From assembly GCA_964016885.1 (NCBI GenBank), contig OZ024740.1, positions 96,844,001 to 96,908,000 of the forward strand: a stretch of 64,000 nucleotides of DNA. The letters run 5' to 3'. The notes below the pieces were generated by a model, which was not told the origin of the DNA, made no database searches, and saw only the letters and a program-made list of their open reading frames with translations. Source of the stretch: Eledone cirrhosa (Eukaryota). Positions 28,953 through 43,467 of the stretch are shown here, piece after piece. Numbering within the stretch: position 1 is the stretch's first letter; each line of letters opens with the position of its first letter. The translations under genes were made by a program, and so were the position numbers.

Positions 28953-30373
28953 GTTAATCTGCTTAAAATAGGGAAAATAAATTTGGAAACAACCTCATTT
29001 ATGTATGTTACTATTTCTCTAAATATAACATCGAACCCAAGAAATTTTTTTTCATACTTATTATTTGATAAAACAAAATTAATGAACAAATATATAAATA
29101 TTTCTATATATAAGAAAGCTAACCACGAGAGTCTTAAGGAAGAATAAAGTTAATGTTCGTAGTTTATACATGAAGAAATGAAGGAGAATTTTGAAATGAG
29201 GACAAATATATGACATTTTGTCATAGAAGCTAATATATCAAATAAATGAACGATTTTAATCGTTTTATATAAGTTATGATACAGAATATTCATATGATGT
29301 TATATGGCATACCCTTTATTTGTTGTGATATGTAATCGGATGTACATATGGTGTAATATTTTATAGTGTGTATATTATATTTTACCTATTATAATATAGG
29401 ATGTGTGTTATTGGTCTTGTGTATATACGTCATGTTATGGGAGATCGTAGTTCCTGGTGGTTTCGTATAAATCCATCCTTCTCCGTTTGGGACAACCGAT
29501 TTCTCGCAGAGAAAGATAAAATGAAGAAGAGACAGTGAATGTGAGATAAATATAGAGAATGAGAGAGAAAGAAGGAGAGAGAAAATCATAATCAGTAATA
29601 AAGTGCTTATTTTATTGTCTTCGAAAGTAGAACAGGCAATGTTCACCTTACCGTATATATTTCTAGTGCTCTTTCATTCAATGTGATGGGTATATGGTGG
29701 AAAGTTAGTATGGTGTACGATATTGTATAATATTTGTCAAAATATATTATATAAGGTATAAATATTTTAAACGTGCTTCTAAATACTGTATATATAGAGT
29801 GTTATTTTGTAAAACGCTTCTTTATTTGAAATATGTTACATAATCCTTATATGACGAGTTGTATTATAAAATGTATATTTACCTTTTTATATTATATAAT
29901 GTTTATTTGACATAGTCTGCGAATCGTCAGTATTCGCAGAACATAGAATAGAAAGGTTGGCGGTTTACGTTCCGGTTGTCTCCACTCTATGTTCAAAACC
30001 CGAGGGAGCCAGGATTACCTTTATCCGATTGAAAGCAATGAATAATGTATAGGTCCAATACGTGGTCATCTCTCCCTTAGCCTCCCTCGTGCTCGCGCTC
30101 TTGTCCTTATTTCTCTCCCGCCCTCTCTCTATCTCTCTCTCTATCTAACGCTGTTTCTCTGTTACTCCCTGTCCTTGGAAGAAATCGGACGTGGTCAAAG
30201 CGGGGGAGTGGTGGGCAATGTCTTGTTTCAAATCCTAAATGCAACCCTCGCGTGACTTCATTAGAGATAATGACATTTTCTGTCATAAAATATGTATTTT
30301 GTGTGCTATATATACATATGCAAAAGGGAAAGGGGAATAACAATACAATCGGTACAGTATATGGACGGAGTCA

Positions 30374-30605
<232 letters not shown>

Positions 30606-32422
30606 TTGTCGAATGTATATTTGCCATGTTAAGTTATACAATGCTGCACATCATAGAATAAGTTATTGTGTATATTGATAGAAGCGTGATATGGTGATTT
30701 TTCTTTGCATTCCTTTATATCTATCATCGTGTATATTTAGGAATCTGCATGTTTCAAGAATAAATACCTTATTCGTTTTTTTACTTTTGCTTTTACTTGT
30801 TCGGTGTGAATGACCTTAGGAAACCTCGTTCTAATGTTTGCAAAGTAATAAACACCTCTTATGTCACATAGGTGTCAGTTGATGGTATGAGAGTTATATT
30901 TGGAAAACGAATTATGTTTACAATGCAAATATACTAGTATCATGCTATTTCAATAATAAATTATCAGATTAGTAGGGCTAGGGTTTTGTTTAACATAATA
31001 TGTCAAATATTATTTTTTCTGCTCACAACCAGGTTGTCAAAGAAACGTTTATGGGTGTATTAATGATAGAGACCCTATCTTCTCTTGAAAAGCAACGTGA
31101 AATGAACCAAAAGAATCGTCCTGTTCAGAAACGCACTATTCTGTCCAAGATATTTTTATTGTGAGTTCAACACACTATCCACCATGCAACGTGTGTCTTA
31201 TTCGTTAAGATGTTGGACTCACGAATTGTTTGTATCTTGGGATCAATTTCTGGATGGAGCGCTGCGTTATATTCTTAAGCAATATGTTTTTTTTAGGAAT
31301 CCTATCATAATCAACGTTCGAGGAGATCAGCTCTAGCAGTATAGGTGTGAGCTGTAAATTTCAGATGAATTATTCAGGGTATTAATCTCAAAATAATGGA
31401 AACACAAATGAGAAACAGTTACACCATAGTACACTAGAAGAGCTTTATGTTATTATACAGTTTTACAATAATTTTCATCACGATACAATACACTGAAAGT
31501 TACATTAAGACTATCGTATATCAATGCATCAATTTTATGAATTGCAGGCAATAACAGATCACCTTTCCTATACAGACCAGTGAGCGGGCATCTACATGGT
31601 TGTTCGATCTACAAGACAAAGCAGTCGAGTTATCTCACAAATCACATTCCACAGTTTTAAGTAAAATAAAGACACGTTTGAGACCAAGATTATAAATAAA
31701 CTATATGTGAAGGAAAGTCAAATAGTCACAGTTAGAATGATTTTGCCCTAGGGTTTGCCTTATCAGAAGGAACGTGACCAGACGAGGGCAAGGCCTCCAG
31801 CGGAACAGTTTAACAGCAATAAATAGCAACTTCATAGATTTTAATCAGGTTTGATCAAATTCTAGTAAACAACATACATACAAAAGCAGACTGGAAAGAA
31901 TAGATGTATAGATTGCCATCTGTATCCCAAATTGTTCGTCACTGCATGTAGGGGTGTGCAGTATAATGCGGCTCGGAATAGATTCGATACTTATTTGAAC
32001 AAACACCTATTTACATTAAATGTAATTAAGAATGTTCAAGAGTTACAACAACAACCTCAGTTGTGAAGATTCATATGAGTAGAGTATCATCAAGAATGTT
32101 GTATTTAAGCAAACACGATATAATTTATTTAAATTGAAGTATAATTAACTATCAAATCAATAACACGGGTTTGTACATATTTACCTGTTAAAGAAAATTA
32201 GAGTTTCATAACTTTAGAAACATGTAGCATGTGGGAGAGTTTGAAATTAGTAGAAGGATGGATTAGAGAGAAGATGATATGTATAGAAACCGTACATAAA
32301 GGCGTACTAAATCAGTCAATATAGAATTACACACAAAACGAAGAGATTATAAATTTTATGTGAGATTCTACAGTTCTATGTGTGTGAAGGCATATATATA
32401 GACACAAACACACATACGCGCA

Positions 32423-32522
<100 letters not shown>

Positions 32523-33064
32523 TATATTGTTTTGCAAGCTTATAGATATGAAATCAAATATTGTTATATTTGGTGTGGGACATATTGACATAAATTGCTA
32601 TAAGTAATAATAGAACATACTCACTGTTTGGTTTCGGTTAGTTTTCACTTCTGTATCTTTTATATCCCTACATCGTTGATTTATATCATTTATTGACCAA
32701 CGGTTAAAAATATATATAAAAATATATTTTCAGTAGCACCACTCCATATAAATTCCTCAATTTTAGAATGACCTGTAGTATCTATTTCACACTATTATAC
32801 TTATTTAAAAATATATCTGACCAAGAATGCCTTTTGTGAAAATCAGTCATGTGGAACTATTGTCATCTTCCTGATGGTTTGAACCCTACAGAACCACCTG
32901 CCTCTTTGAGGTCAAATACCAACCTACTACCATCTACAAACTGACCAGTGAGAATCAAGACTATTCCTGCTGACATCAAAATATTCCTAACAAGCTCATA
33001 TGTCCCAAGGCTCTGATACCATCAACACTATACACACGGAGCTGGCATATCTAAGAACTGACTA

Positions 33065-33120
33065 ACTGCCTGATGAGGTCATAGCCATTCAATGGCTATC
33101 ATCGAAATATATATAGCAGT
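33065..33120 (+). ncRNA. Type I hammerhead ribozyme
   Basis: ACTGC-CTGATGA-GGTC-ATAGCCAT-TCA-ATGGCTAT-CATC-GAAA-TATATA-TA^GCAGT. Confidence 0.85.
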
Positions 33121-33181
33121 AAATAATGGATTATGAGTTCATGCAATTGACTTATGTTTCGTCACTGTATATATATATATT

Positions 33182-33652
33182 AAATAACATATGTAAAGTA
33201 AACAGCTCCATCTATCTGCTTAGCTAGCTATCTCACCGTGAAACACAACCCTTATAGCCACCAAAATATAACGCCTACGCAGCGGCTAAACGTCAAACGA
33301 TTATTTTTGTATAAATATTGTGGTTCCAAGCAATTTCGCCAGTCGACATTTGATAGAGTCAGCTCGCGTATCGTTGTTCCTCTCCTCTGCCACACTTGTC
33401 ACTCATACACGCCTTGTACCTCTGTATCGTCGCTTCATGTATGAACATAAATAGCTGACCGAAACTACATCTCTCGCCTTGCTTGTCCTTTCAACTTCTA
33501 CCTTCGTCTGTTCATGCTTACCGTATGAGACAACAGTCCTTTTAAGGGCTACCCTCAGATCCGATCAGACAGTATGCGATAACAGTCCTTTTAAGGGATA
33601 TTCTCGGATCTGATCAGAAGTAGTGACCAGACTCACTAACCACATCACTACA
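33182..33652 (+). repeat. 5' LTR (5' end eroded)
   Basis: Direct repeat of 38041-38508, ending in CA before the PBS. Confidence 0.9.
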
Positions 33653-33654
33653 AT

Positions 33655-33670
33655 TGGTGACCCGACGTGA
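33655..33670 (+). promoter_or_regulatory. Primer-binding site complementary to tRNA-Trp
   Basis: TGGTGACCCGACGTGA matches the complement of the tRNA-Trp 3' end (TCACGTCGGGGTCACCA), minus one C. Confidence 0.85.
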
Positions 33671-33711
33671 ACCGAACACGCTTACAGGCAAAAGCCTAAC
33701 AAGATACCAAC

Positions 33712-34383
33712 ATGGACGTGTCACAACCAACGACAGAGGCCGAGATTTCAGAGCTGCGGGCTATGATCAGAGAGCGGGCTGGTCAAATTAAAGCCCTCTC
33801 AAATCAAGTAGAGAACCTGAGCTTTCAAACACACCAGCGACGCAGCAACAGTCGATCCAGGCCTTTTCACAGTCGAAGATCCAGAAGTCCCAGTCAAAAT
33901 CGTGTGTCTGGCAACCTCTGCTGGTATCACGCAGTATTCGGCGCACAGGCATCTAAGTGCAAGGCCCCGTGCTCTTTCCAGAATACCACCCAGGGCCTAG
34001 CGACGACGCTCACCCCTGCTACTGAGAAGAAAAGTCGTCTGTTTTTTATCAACGACCAAGCGACAGGCATCCGTTACCTCGTGGATACTGTCGCCCAGGT
34101 TATTGTTATTTCTGTCTCACTAGTCTCGGGCACAAGTCATCCAACACAGTCCTTTCTGCAGGCAGTGAACCAATCGTCAATTCCGACTTTCGGGGAGAAA
34201 TCACTAACCCTCATTTTAGGCCTGAGGCGTCGTTTTCAATGGGGGTTTGTCGTGGCAGACCTGCCAACCCCTATCGTAGGAGCAGATTTTCTCCACCACT
34301 TCAACCTTCTGGTGGACATGAAGAACGGGAGGCTTATTGACACCACCACAAACCTCACTGTGAGAGGTATATTTACTACGTAA
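33712..34383 (+). pseudogene. gag: Internally deleted gag (C-terminal Cys/His box) + aspartic protease
   Basis: LCWYHAVFGAQASKCKAPC, YLVDTVAQ, PIVGADFL. Confidence 0.8.
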
Positions 34384-34389
34384 TCCACA

Positions 34390-37105
34390 GTGAGCCCTGT
34401 AATTTGGCAGTCAGAACCTTCGCGTTACAACGGCATTCTCCAGAAATATCCAGACATCACTGGCCCGGTATTTAAGGATAGACCTATTAAACATAGTGTC
34501 ACACATCACATCGAGATAAGAGGACCACCCACAGCTGCCCGACCAAGGAAACTGCCTCCAGCCCGATTGAGAATCGTCAAAAAGGAATTTCAACACATGC
34601 TGGACCTTGGAATCATTCGCCCTTCCTCCAGCAACTAGTCTGCACACCTACTCCTTGTTCCTAAAAAAAACGAGAATGATTGGCGATCATGTGGGGATTA
34701 TCGTGCACAAAACAATTCTACCGTACCCGATAATTACCCTGTACCTCAATTGCACGACTTTTCTGCCTCTTTGCAAGGCACACGCATCTTTTCCAAGATA
34801 GATTTGGTACGGGCATATAACCAGACACCTATGGAGCCTGCAGATATTCCGAAGACCGCAGTCACAACACCGTTCGGTTTATTTGAATTCCTGCGAATGC
34901 CGTTCGGTCTGCGCAACGCTGCACAAACTTTTTAGCGGTTTATTGACACCGTGTTACGTGATCTACCCTTTGTATACGCGTATATCGACGACGTGCTAGT
35001 AGTAAATACTTCTGTGCAAGAACACGAGAAGCACTTAGATCTTCTTTTCCAACGTTTGGCCGAGTTCGGTATTATCATCAACCACAGCAAGTGCAATCTC
35101 GGCGTTCCTTCACTGTCCTTTCTCGGGCACATCTTTGATAAAGACGGCATTCGACCACTTCCTGAGAAAGTAGAAGCTATCCGGAATGTTCCCGCACCTA
35201 CATCACTTCGGAAACTGCGTGAATTCCTCGGTTTGGTGAATTTTTATAGGCGTTGTATCCCTCATTGTGCCGACGCAGCCAGACTCCTCATGGACCTACT
35301 TTGCAACCGGACTCGCAAAAACGAAGAGATCACTCTGAACGAGGAAGAATTAACATCTTTTAACACTCTGAAGGAAATGTTGGCAAACGCTTCCATACTC
35401 GTTTTCCCCAGATCTAGCGCTACTCTTTCGCTGTTAGTGGACTCATCAGACACGGGGGCTGGAGGCGTTTTACAACAACATGTCGATGGTGTTTCGCAAC
35501 CATTATCCTTCTTTTCTAAGCGGTTGCAACCTGCAGAAACCAAATACAGTACGTTTGGCCGTGAACTCTTGGCAACCTACCTTTCGGTTAAACATTTTCG
35601 TCACATGCTCGAAGGATCGGATTTCGTGATATACACGGACCATAAACCACCAGTTTATGCGTTACGTATCAAACCTGATCGACATTCACCGAAAGAACTC
35701 CGACACTTGGATTTTGTCTCGCAATATTCAACTGATATTTGGCATATCAAGGGATCAGACAACGAGGCAACCGATACCCTGTCCCGAATCCAGCTGAACG
35801 CAATACATGTACATTCAGGCATCGACCTTCAACAGATCGCAGCTTACAAAGAGACTGACGAAGAGTTTATCAAGCTCCGAGATTCGCTATCCCTCAAGTT
35901 TCAGCAAGTTCTCATTCCTTCTTCTCCGGGACAAATTTGGTGCGACCTTTCTACCCGTCATGAACCACCGTACGTACCACAGATGCATCGTCGACAAGTA
36001 TTTTCTGCTTTACACTGCTTGTCTCACCCGGGAATCCGGGCTACACAGCAACTCAGATCTGCTCGTTTTGTGTGAACTAACATTACCAAGGACGTGCGCG
36101 ACTAGTCCAGGAGCTGCATTGCCTGCCAGAAAGTCAAAGTCCACAGACACATCAAAACTCCACTCGGCATATTCGCGCAACCTGATGCAAATTTTCATCA
36201 TGTGCATTTCAACATCGTCGGACCTCTACCACCATCACAGAACTCCACAAAGTTGCTCACCTGCATAGATCGATTTTCCCGTTGGCCTGAGGCTCTCTCA
36301 TAAGTGATATCTCAGCGGAAATAGTTGCTAAAACTCTGGTTTAACACTGGGTATCACGTTATGGCGCCCCAGCGAAGATAACAGCGGACAGAGGACGCCA
36401 GTTTGACTCCCACCTCTTCAGGGAACTGACTCGCATGTTAGGATGTAAACACATCCGCACGGCAGCTTATCACCCGCAAGCTAATGGTCTCGTGGAAAGA
36501 TTCCATCGCCAATTGAAAGCTGCAATAAAAGCATATCCATACAAGACCTACTGGTTTGAATACCTGCCACTCATCCTTCTGGGCATTCGATCCACCGTTA
36601 AGGAGGAATTCGGACACATACCTGCAGAATTAGTGTAAGGCACCACCCTGGTTCTACCTGCTCAGATGGTTGCTCCCATCTCTCCTCAAGATGTTCCAGA
36701 CCCAGGAACATAAGTACACCGTCTTCAACAATATGTCTCACCTTGCTCCTGCAAACACCCGTCAACAGAACAAGGCCACACACGTACCTTCAGTCATTAA
36801 AGATTGTACACACGTTTTCGTTCGAAACGACACCATCTCAGCTCATCGTCGACCTTAATATTCTGGCCTTTATTGTGTTCTAAAAAAATATCCGAAATAT
36901 TTTATTCTCGATCTAGAGGGTAAACAGAATTCTGTCAGCGTTGACAGATTAAAAAATGCCATCATGGATACTGTTACAGTCTGTACACCAGAGACTCCAA
37001 CAGATTGCTGTCCCAGCAAGCCACCTGTTTCATCTCCAATCACGAGAAGTGGACGACATGTCCATTGGCCCGCCAAGTTGGCACAATATGTGAATTACCG
37101 TTAAC
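34390..37105 (+). pseudogene. pol: pol (RT, RNase H, integrase) with stops and frameshifts
   Basis: [85 protein letters not shown]. Confidence 0.93.
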
Positions 37106-38026
37106 CTCAAGTGAGTTTCTTAATTATTATTCTTGCAAAACATTCCCATTTTCCTTGTGTTTACTATTTCCAGTTTCAAATACAATGAACTTTCTGCTTG
37201 AACAATTGCAATTTTTAGTGACCATGTCACGAAGAAGATTATGTATTATGAACATTATCTATTACAAACACTATTTAAGAACAAACAGTGTGTATAGCAT
37301 TGTGTATAACATTTTTTTTTTCTTCTCTCTCTTGTTTTGCAAACATTTTTATTTTTCTTGTTCTGCAACATTAATTGTGTAATTGCCATAATTTTTATAT
37401 ACATACACGGCGTGTACATATTCTTTTTTTCATGCACACTTCACAACCACGTTTGTTTCACCTTTTGGTTCATACACTGAGCAATAGATATTGTCCCTCT
37501 AACTCTTACACTACAAATTGTTTTCTCTTTGATCACGCATTTCACAAATCGCATCCTAAAAACACTGGCCTTCTTTTTTACGTACACATTCACACAATAG
37601 CTCGAGAATGCCTCGCTATTTTTTTGCCACATGCAATCGCTCAAGTCATATGCTTCGGAGCAAACTGTTACTTTTAGGCAACATGCTTAAGGCCATTCAG
37701 TTCACACATTACGATTATTTTCACTACCCTGTTATACTTTGTGTCACGCAATTCACAGGCAGCTCAACCCAAATTGCAACAGGCTCATTCATCACGCCTG
37801 CATAAATCCGGTCAAAGTCATTTTATAGTTTATTTTTTTTTTCTCTTCCGGACACACACATCTTGCCATATCATCTCTACATCGACTCTGGCCTATACTC
37901 GATGATCACCAAATTTCACAACGTATTGGACACTCCTCGGGCTATTGTCATGACAAATGCACCACTGGCTCATTACTATACTATATTTCGCTCTTTTGTT
38001 GTTCAAATGATCTGGCAGGGGGCTAA

Positions 38027-38508
38027 TGAACAGCCACCGGAAATAACATATATGAAATAAACAGTTCCATCTATCTGCTTAGCTAGCTACCTCACCGTGA
38101 AAAAAACAATCCTTAAAGCCACCACAATAAAACTCCTACGCAGCGGCTAAATATCAAACGATTGTTTTTGTATAAATAGAGTGATTCCAAACACTTTCGC
38201 CAGTCGACCTTTGGCAGAGTCAACTCGCGTATCGCTGTTCCTCTCCTCTGCGATGCTTGTCACTCACACCTTGTACCTCTGTATCGGCGCTTCATGTATG
38301 AAAATAAATAGTTGACCGAAACTACATCTCTCGCCTTGCTCGTCCTTTCAACTTGTGCTTTCGTCTGTTCATACTTACCGTATGAGACAACAGTCTTTTT
38401 AAGGGCTACCCTCAGATCCGCTCAGACTGTATGCGATAACAGTCTGTTAAGGGGTATTCTCATTTCTGATCAGAAGTAGTGACCTGACTGACTAACCACG
38501 TCTTTGCA
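38027..38508 (+). repeat. 3' LTR
   Basis: TG...CA termini, preceded by the polypurine-like tract GGCAGGGGG (38014-38022). Confidence 0.92.
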
Positions 38509-38644
38509 TATATATATACACACAGATAAATTCACCAATTTATTGTAGTATCTTAACCGTATGAAGAACTCAATGTAATCCGTATGCAGAAGTTATCGTG
38601 AAGCAAAGTTTAAAATATAACATTTTCAACGATATAATTCATTG

Positions 38645-39012
38645 GATACAGAGTCAAAAATAGAAATATTAATACAATGAAATTAAACAAAAAACGGTTA
38701 ATTCATAGTAAAACTCATTATTTTACGATCGTTTCTGGGGGGTAGTTCCCCGTATGTCCATTCTATTATTGTTCTATGTAAAATATATTACAAAATATCA
38801 TGGTAAGAAAATATACATACGTCTTCACTACTCGCGGTCTTCAGAAATAACGGGTAGTGAAGACGTATGTATATTTTCTTACTATGATATTTTGTAATAT
38901 ATTTTACATAGATCAATAATAGAATGGACATACGGGGAACTACCCCCCAGAAACCATCGTAAAATAATGAGTTTTACTATGAATTAACCATTTTTTGTTT
39001 AATTTCATTGTT
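38645..39012. mobile_element. Fold-back mini-element abutting (TA)n
   Basis: ~165 bp arms (38672-38834 / 38851-39012) with a short loop. Confidence 0.82.
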
Positions 39013-39196
39013 TTTATATATATATATATATATATAAATATATACATATATATATATATATAATTGGTGTGAGATGCTTAAAGCGTCCGTAGGCGGTATG
39101 CCGTTTGAGCACTCGATGCTCTTACAGAGCAGAGTATAATATCACATAAGAAACGGATAATCTTATTCGTCGCACCACTAATTCTCCGTTTCTTAT

Positions 39197-39247
<51 letters not shown>

Positions 39248-40029
39248 GGGGGGGCGTGGGGGGGGGACTTGCATATGAATTATGCAAATCGTGGTGAAGC
39301 TCCTGAAATCCCAGAAACATATTGAAGATGTGTATCGGTTTCTATCAACTTGCCACGGTTCAGGTTAGTATTCACCTGTTCGTATTTTTTTCTATGTTGT
39401 GGTACAAGTATAGCCATATGCATTTGGTCGCTTTTCCTCATGTCACAACTTCTTAACTTTGTGTTCAATCTGGACGAAAATATATTAACTATCCCACCAT
39501 TAAGTTGTGTGTGACTACCTCAAACCATTCGATTGGCATCTGCTATGTTGCGATTGCAACTTCAATCTTTACCTACTAAGATTAATAGAGATATAGAGAA
39601 AAAAATTGACTTGACTAGTATGTTGTTTTGTCGACTTCGAATGGATGAATGGCAAAGTTGGGATTTGAACTCAGAGAGCAGAGACCCAAAACGAAAACAT
39701 GGTCACTTGCCTCAAATCGGACAATGCGAGTGACGAAAATATATGTTAAACAATGATGATGAAGATATATATATAAGTGAACTAGATATAACATGAACGA
39801 AACAAACATTGTTTCACTACTTAAATTACTTTCAGATAAATCTCTAAACAGAGAATTGTCATTTTCTTCATATACCCAACATTTAGGATTGAAGATTAAT
39901 ATAAATTGTAAAAGACATCATTTCCTATTTTGAAAGTTAATATTAGAAAAATAACAAATATATATTCATATATAGAAAGAAACTTAACATTCTTTTTTTT
40001 TTTAGAAATTTGCTTGTGGTTTGCGTGTA

Positions 40030-40372
40030 ACAGTAGAGCGTCGGGCAAGGTACTCTTCGGCATAGTTACATTCCTTTCCACTCTGAACTCGATTCACGAC
40101 GATGTTAGCTTTTCCTCTCATCCTTACTTGGTGGATAAATTCTAGTACTGGGATTGATTTAATTCAATTTCCCCTTGAATTTGCTGGCCTTGTGCCAAAA
40201 TTAGAAATAATTATTTCCATAGATATCAAAACAACCGGCATTTTATGAAAAATTAGAAACAAATAACTTTACATATAATTGTTTCTACTTTAGGCACAAG
40301 GCCAGCAATTACCCAGTGCATTACTGGTACTTTATTTTATCGACCCCGTAAGGATGAAAGGCAAAGTCAACC
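40030..40372. mobile_element. Two SINE fragments (+ at 40030-40212, - at 40277-40372)
   Basis: Central domain and GGCCTTGTGCC..AGAAA tail shared with the SINEs at 21602 and 62611. Confidence 0.7.
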
Positions 40373-40441
40373 TTATAACTTTACATATAATACAAACTAA
40401 CTGCATATGTTATATACAGTTGTGTTTATCTCTCTCTCTCT

Positions 40442-40536
<95 letters not shown>

Positions 40537-40811
40537 GGCAGAAAACATGTGTGGCATGATTTTGATTTTGAGAACCTCTTGCATTTGTGATATACCTATT
40601 TTGACTCCCACATGACGTAAGCACATAGGTGATGAACTACTCCAGCAAGTTCTATTTGCGCTTTGTCACAAAGAATTATATTACAAATTGTTGGATTCAC
40701 CTATAGGACCAGATCATTCACATAGACTGTTTTCCGTGAACAGCCAGTCTTAAACCCATTGGTTATGGCCTGGAGAACTATGAAGAACAGTAGTGGGTTG
40801 TGAACTGAACC

Positions 40812-41099
40812 ATGATGAACAATGGAATGGGAATAGTACTACGAGATACAACGTTTCAAGACAGCGAAATGAAAAGCTGCTCCACAAAAAACGATTTCAT
40901 GGATGATGGAGTATTGTTGCGGAATGTTTCTTTACGGCCATATGCATGTGCACTTCTGTATAATCATAGTGCTCTGATACATATGCCTGTTACATCAATG
41001 GTTCACCAATACAAATGTGTTAAAAGACCAACTGTGCTGGAGCTGCAGAATTTCAACAACCATATCAGCCGTTCATCCCCATCAGAGCTCGCGGTTTAG
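40812..41099 (+). pseudogene. Possible decayed Harbinger transposase C-terminal fragment
   Basis: FMDDGVLLRNVSLRPY..YNH..CVKRPTVLELQNF weakly resembles GDEAFPL..LMRPY..FN..VKA..LHN. Confidence 0.3.
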
Positions 41100-41403
41100 A
41101 TTAGAGGAGAATGAATGGCGTTATAGGCAACGGAAGATATTGTTGGTTTTCTAGAAAATGAAAATGTAGTAGATCCCAGCTTGTTGTGCTTTACGAAAGT
41201 AGGAAATCACAGCATTCATAAAAGTATTTATCCGAAAAGAACCCCTTTTGAAAGACTGACTAACACGAAACGTACGTCTTCTTGAAAGTTTACACCTACA
41301 TACCATGTATTGAATATATCCCCACCTACCCCCCACTCTCCTGAGCGTGAATTTAAGAAACATTTATCGTACTGCCTCTCTGTTCTGTCCCTGTTCAATT
41401 TTT

Positions 41404-41503
<100 letters not shown>

Positions 41504-41628
41504 ATATAAAATAAATAGTTGTCACCCTTGCTTCTGCTGAACATCACCAGAGGGCGTTAGCCCCCGGTGTTTTCATAGCTACGGCTTCCTAAAACCGTTT
41601 TTCTTTGGAGATACGAAATATTTATACA

Positions 41629-41689
<61 letters not shown>

Positions 41690-41692
<3 letters not shown>

Positions 41693-42455
41693 GAGTTATA
41701 AACTCAAATAGTCTTTTACATTTAAATAACTCAAAGAAAGGGATATTTCCGAGCTGTGTAATACAAACGAATATATGATAGGGATAAACACTGATACAAG
41801 TATACTTGTGTTCGCATTGCAAATGACCGAGTTAGCTAGGTTGAAATATATTAATTCAAATAATACGGTTTGCCTGTCTCGGTTTAAAATAATAATTCAA
41901 TAAAAACAAACCTATATTGGCAATAGCCGTGATACCCGGGCAAATTTTAAATTTTAAATTTGTTTCGCAACAATTAAGTGAAAGTTCTTATTCCTGTGCT
42001 CTTCTGCAGGTATCCAGAAATTGGTAAGTTTCACTTCAAAATACTTAAGAAGACTGAGAGAAATGTGTTTTTGAACGCATATCTGTCACAGTGCCTAGCT
42101 CGTCCCTTACTCGTGCCGCTAAAAATAGCAGCCGGTTTTATGGGAGTAACAATTAGTCTGTCTACTTAAGTATTTGGAAGTGAAACTTATCAATTTCTGG
42201 ATACCTGCAGAAGAGCACAAAAATAGGAACTTTCACTTAATTGTTGCGAAACAAATTTTAAATTTTAAATTTAAAATGTGTCCAGGTATCACGGCTATTT
42301 CCAATATAGGTTTGTTTTTATTGATTTATTATTTTAAATCGAGACAGGCAAACCGTATTATTTGAATTAGTATTTTTCAATCTAGCTAACTTGGTCATTT
42401 GCAATGCGAACACATGTATACTTGTATCAGTCTTTATCCCTATCATATATTCATT

Positions 42456-42457
<2 letters not shown>
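41690..42457. mobile_element. Fold-back mini-element in (TA)n with a hammerhead-like fold
   Basis: ~290 bp arms 41767-42050 / 42165-42457. At 42200-42290: GATACCTG-CAGAAGA..GC-GAAAC..GTC^CAGGTATC. Confidence 0.82.
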
Positions 42458-42506
<49 letters not shown>

Positions 42507-42587
42507 ATAATAAATGTGAAGACTAAAATCCAAAGAGGGCTCAATAAGAATAAATATATATCAAATCTATTAGAACCCTGGATCAAA

Positions 42588-42722
42588 TATTTATTAAAAT
42601 AACAGATTAAAGTTTAAGAAAAGAAACGCTGCTTTCACCATTAACGGTATGTTCTGAAGATCCCGTTAAGGGTGAAAGCAGCGATTCTTTGCTTAAACTT
42701 TAATCTGTTATTTTAATAAATA
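42588..42722. mobile_element. Short fold-back of a (TA)n-associated family, also seen at 20521-20620 and 53980-54050
   Basis: TTTATTAAAATAACAGATTAAA.TTTAAG.AAA.AA.CGCTGCTTTCA and its reverse complement. Three dispersed copies adjoin (TA)n. Confidence 0.75.
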
Positions 42723-43401
42723 TATATATATATATATGTGTGTGTGTATGTGTTTGTGTGTGTGTGTGTTTGTGTGTCTGTGTATATATACACACGCACA
42801 TATATATATATATATATAGGGAAAGAGAGAGAAAGAAAGAAAGAAAGAAAGACAGTGAGAGTGCGTGAGAGAGTGGGGAGAGAGAAAAATGGGGTCGTTT
42901 ATGTATGTGTGAGAGAGAATTATAATATCGACTCGAAATGTAATTACCTAGTCGTTAACAACTCTTTGTAATAATTATGTAACTAGTGGGGGGCTATTTG
43001 GATATTATCCTCTTCCATTGAAAATTGTTACCCTAATGTAATTTTCAAGATCATCTTGGGGCAAAGCACCTCGTTAGAATTACATTTACAAAACCACATT
43101 TAGGTTAAATTGGTCTTGCATACAATCGAAAGCAGCCGGAACGTACCTGGAAACTTATGACTAAGGAGTAAATTTCTTAATCTCCCTGCATTGATGCGTC
43201 CAACGGCATTGTCTAGAACTCATCGATCCTTTAATATGTTGCTTTCTTGATTGTGTTTAGCCTCACGTAACTCAGGATTGACCATTAATAATAATTCCAG
43301 CTATGACTATCCCACCTGGGATTTAAACAACAACTGTAAAGTATCCAAAACTTGTTTCAATGTATGTAAACAGCATTTTCTAATGTTTAATTAACTAATT
43401 A

Positions 43402-43467
<66 letters not shown>

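Larger units (their letters stand above)
33182..38508 (+). mobile_element. Ty3/gypsy LTR retrotransposon, decayed
   Basis: Two ~480 bp LTRs, PBS, PPT and PR-RT-RH-IN domain order. TA-rich flanks. Confidence 0.96.

Noticed and set aside
38821-38860. CTGAAGA at the fold-back centre
   Set aside because: No properly placed GAAA or stems.
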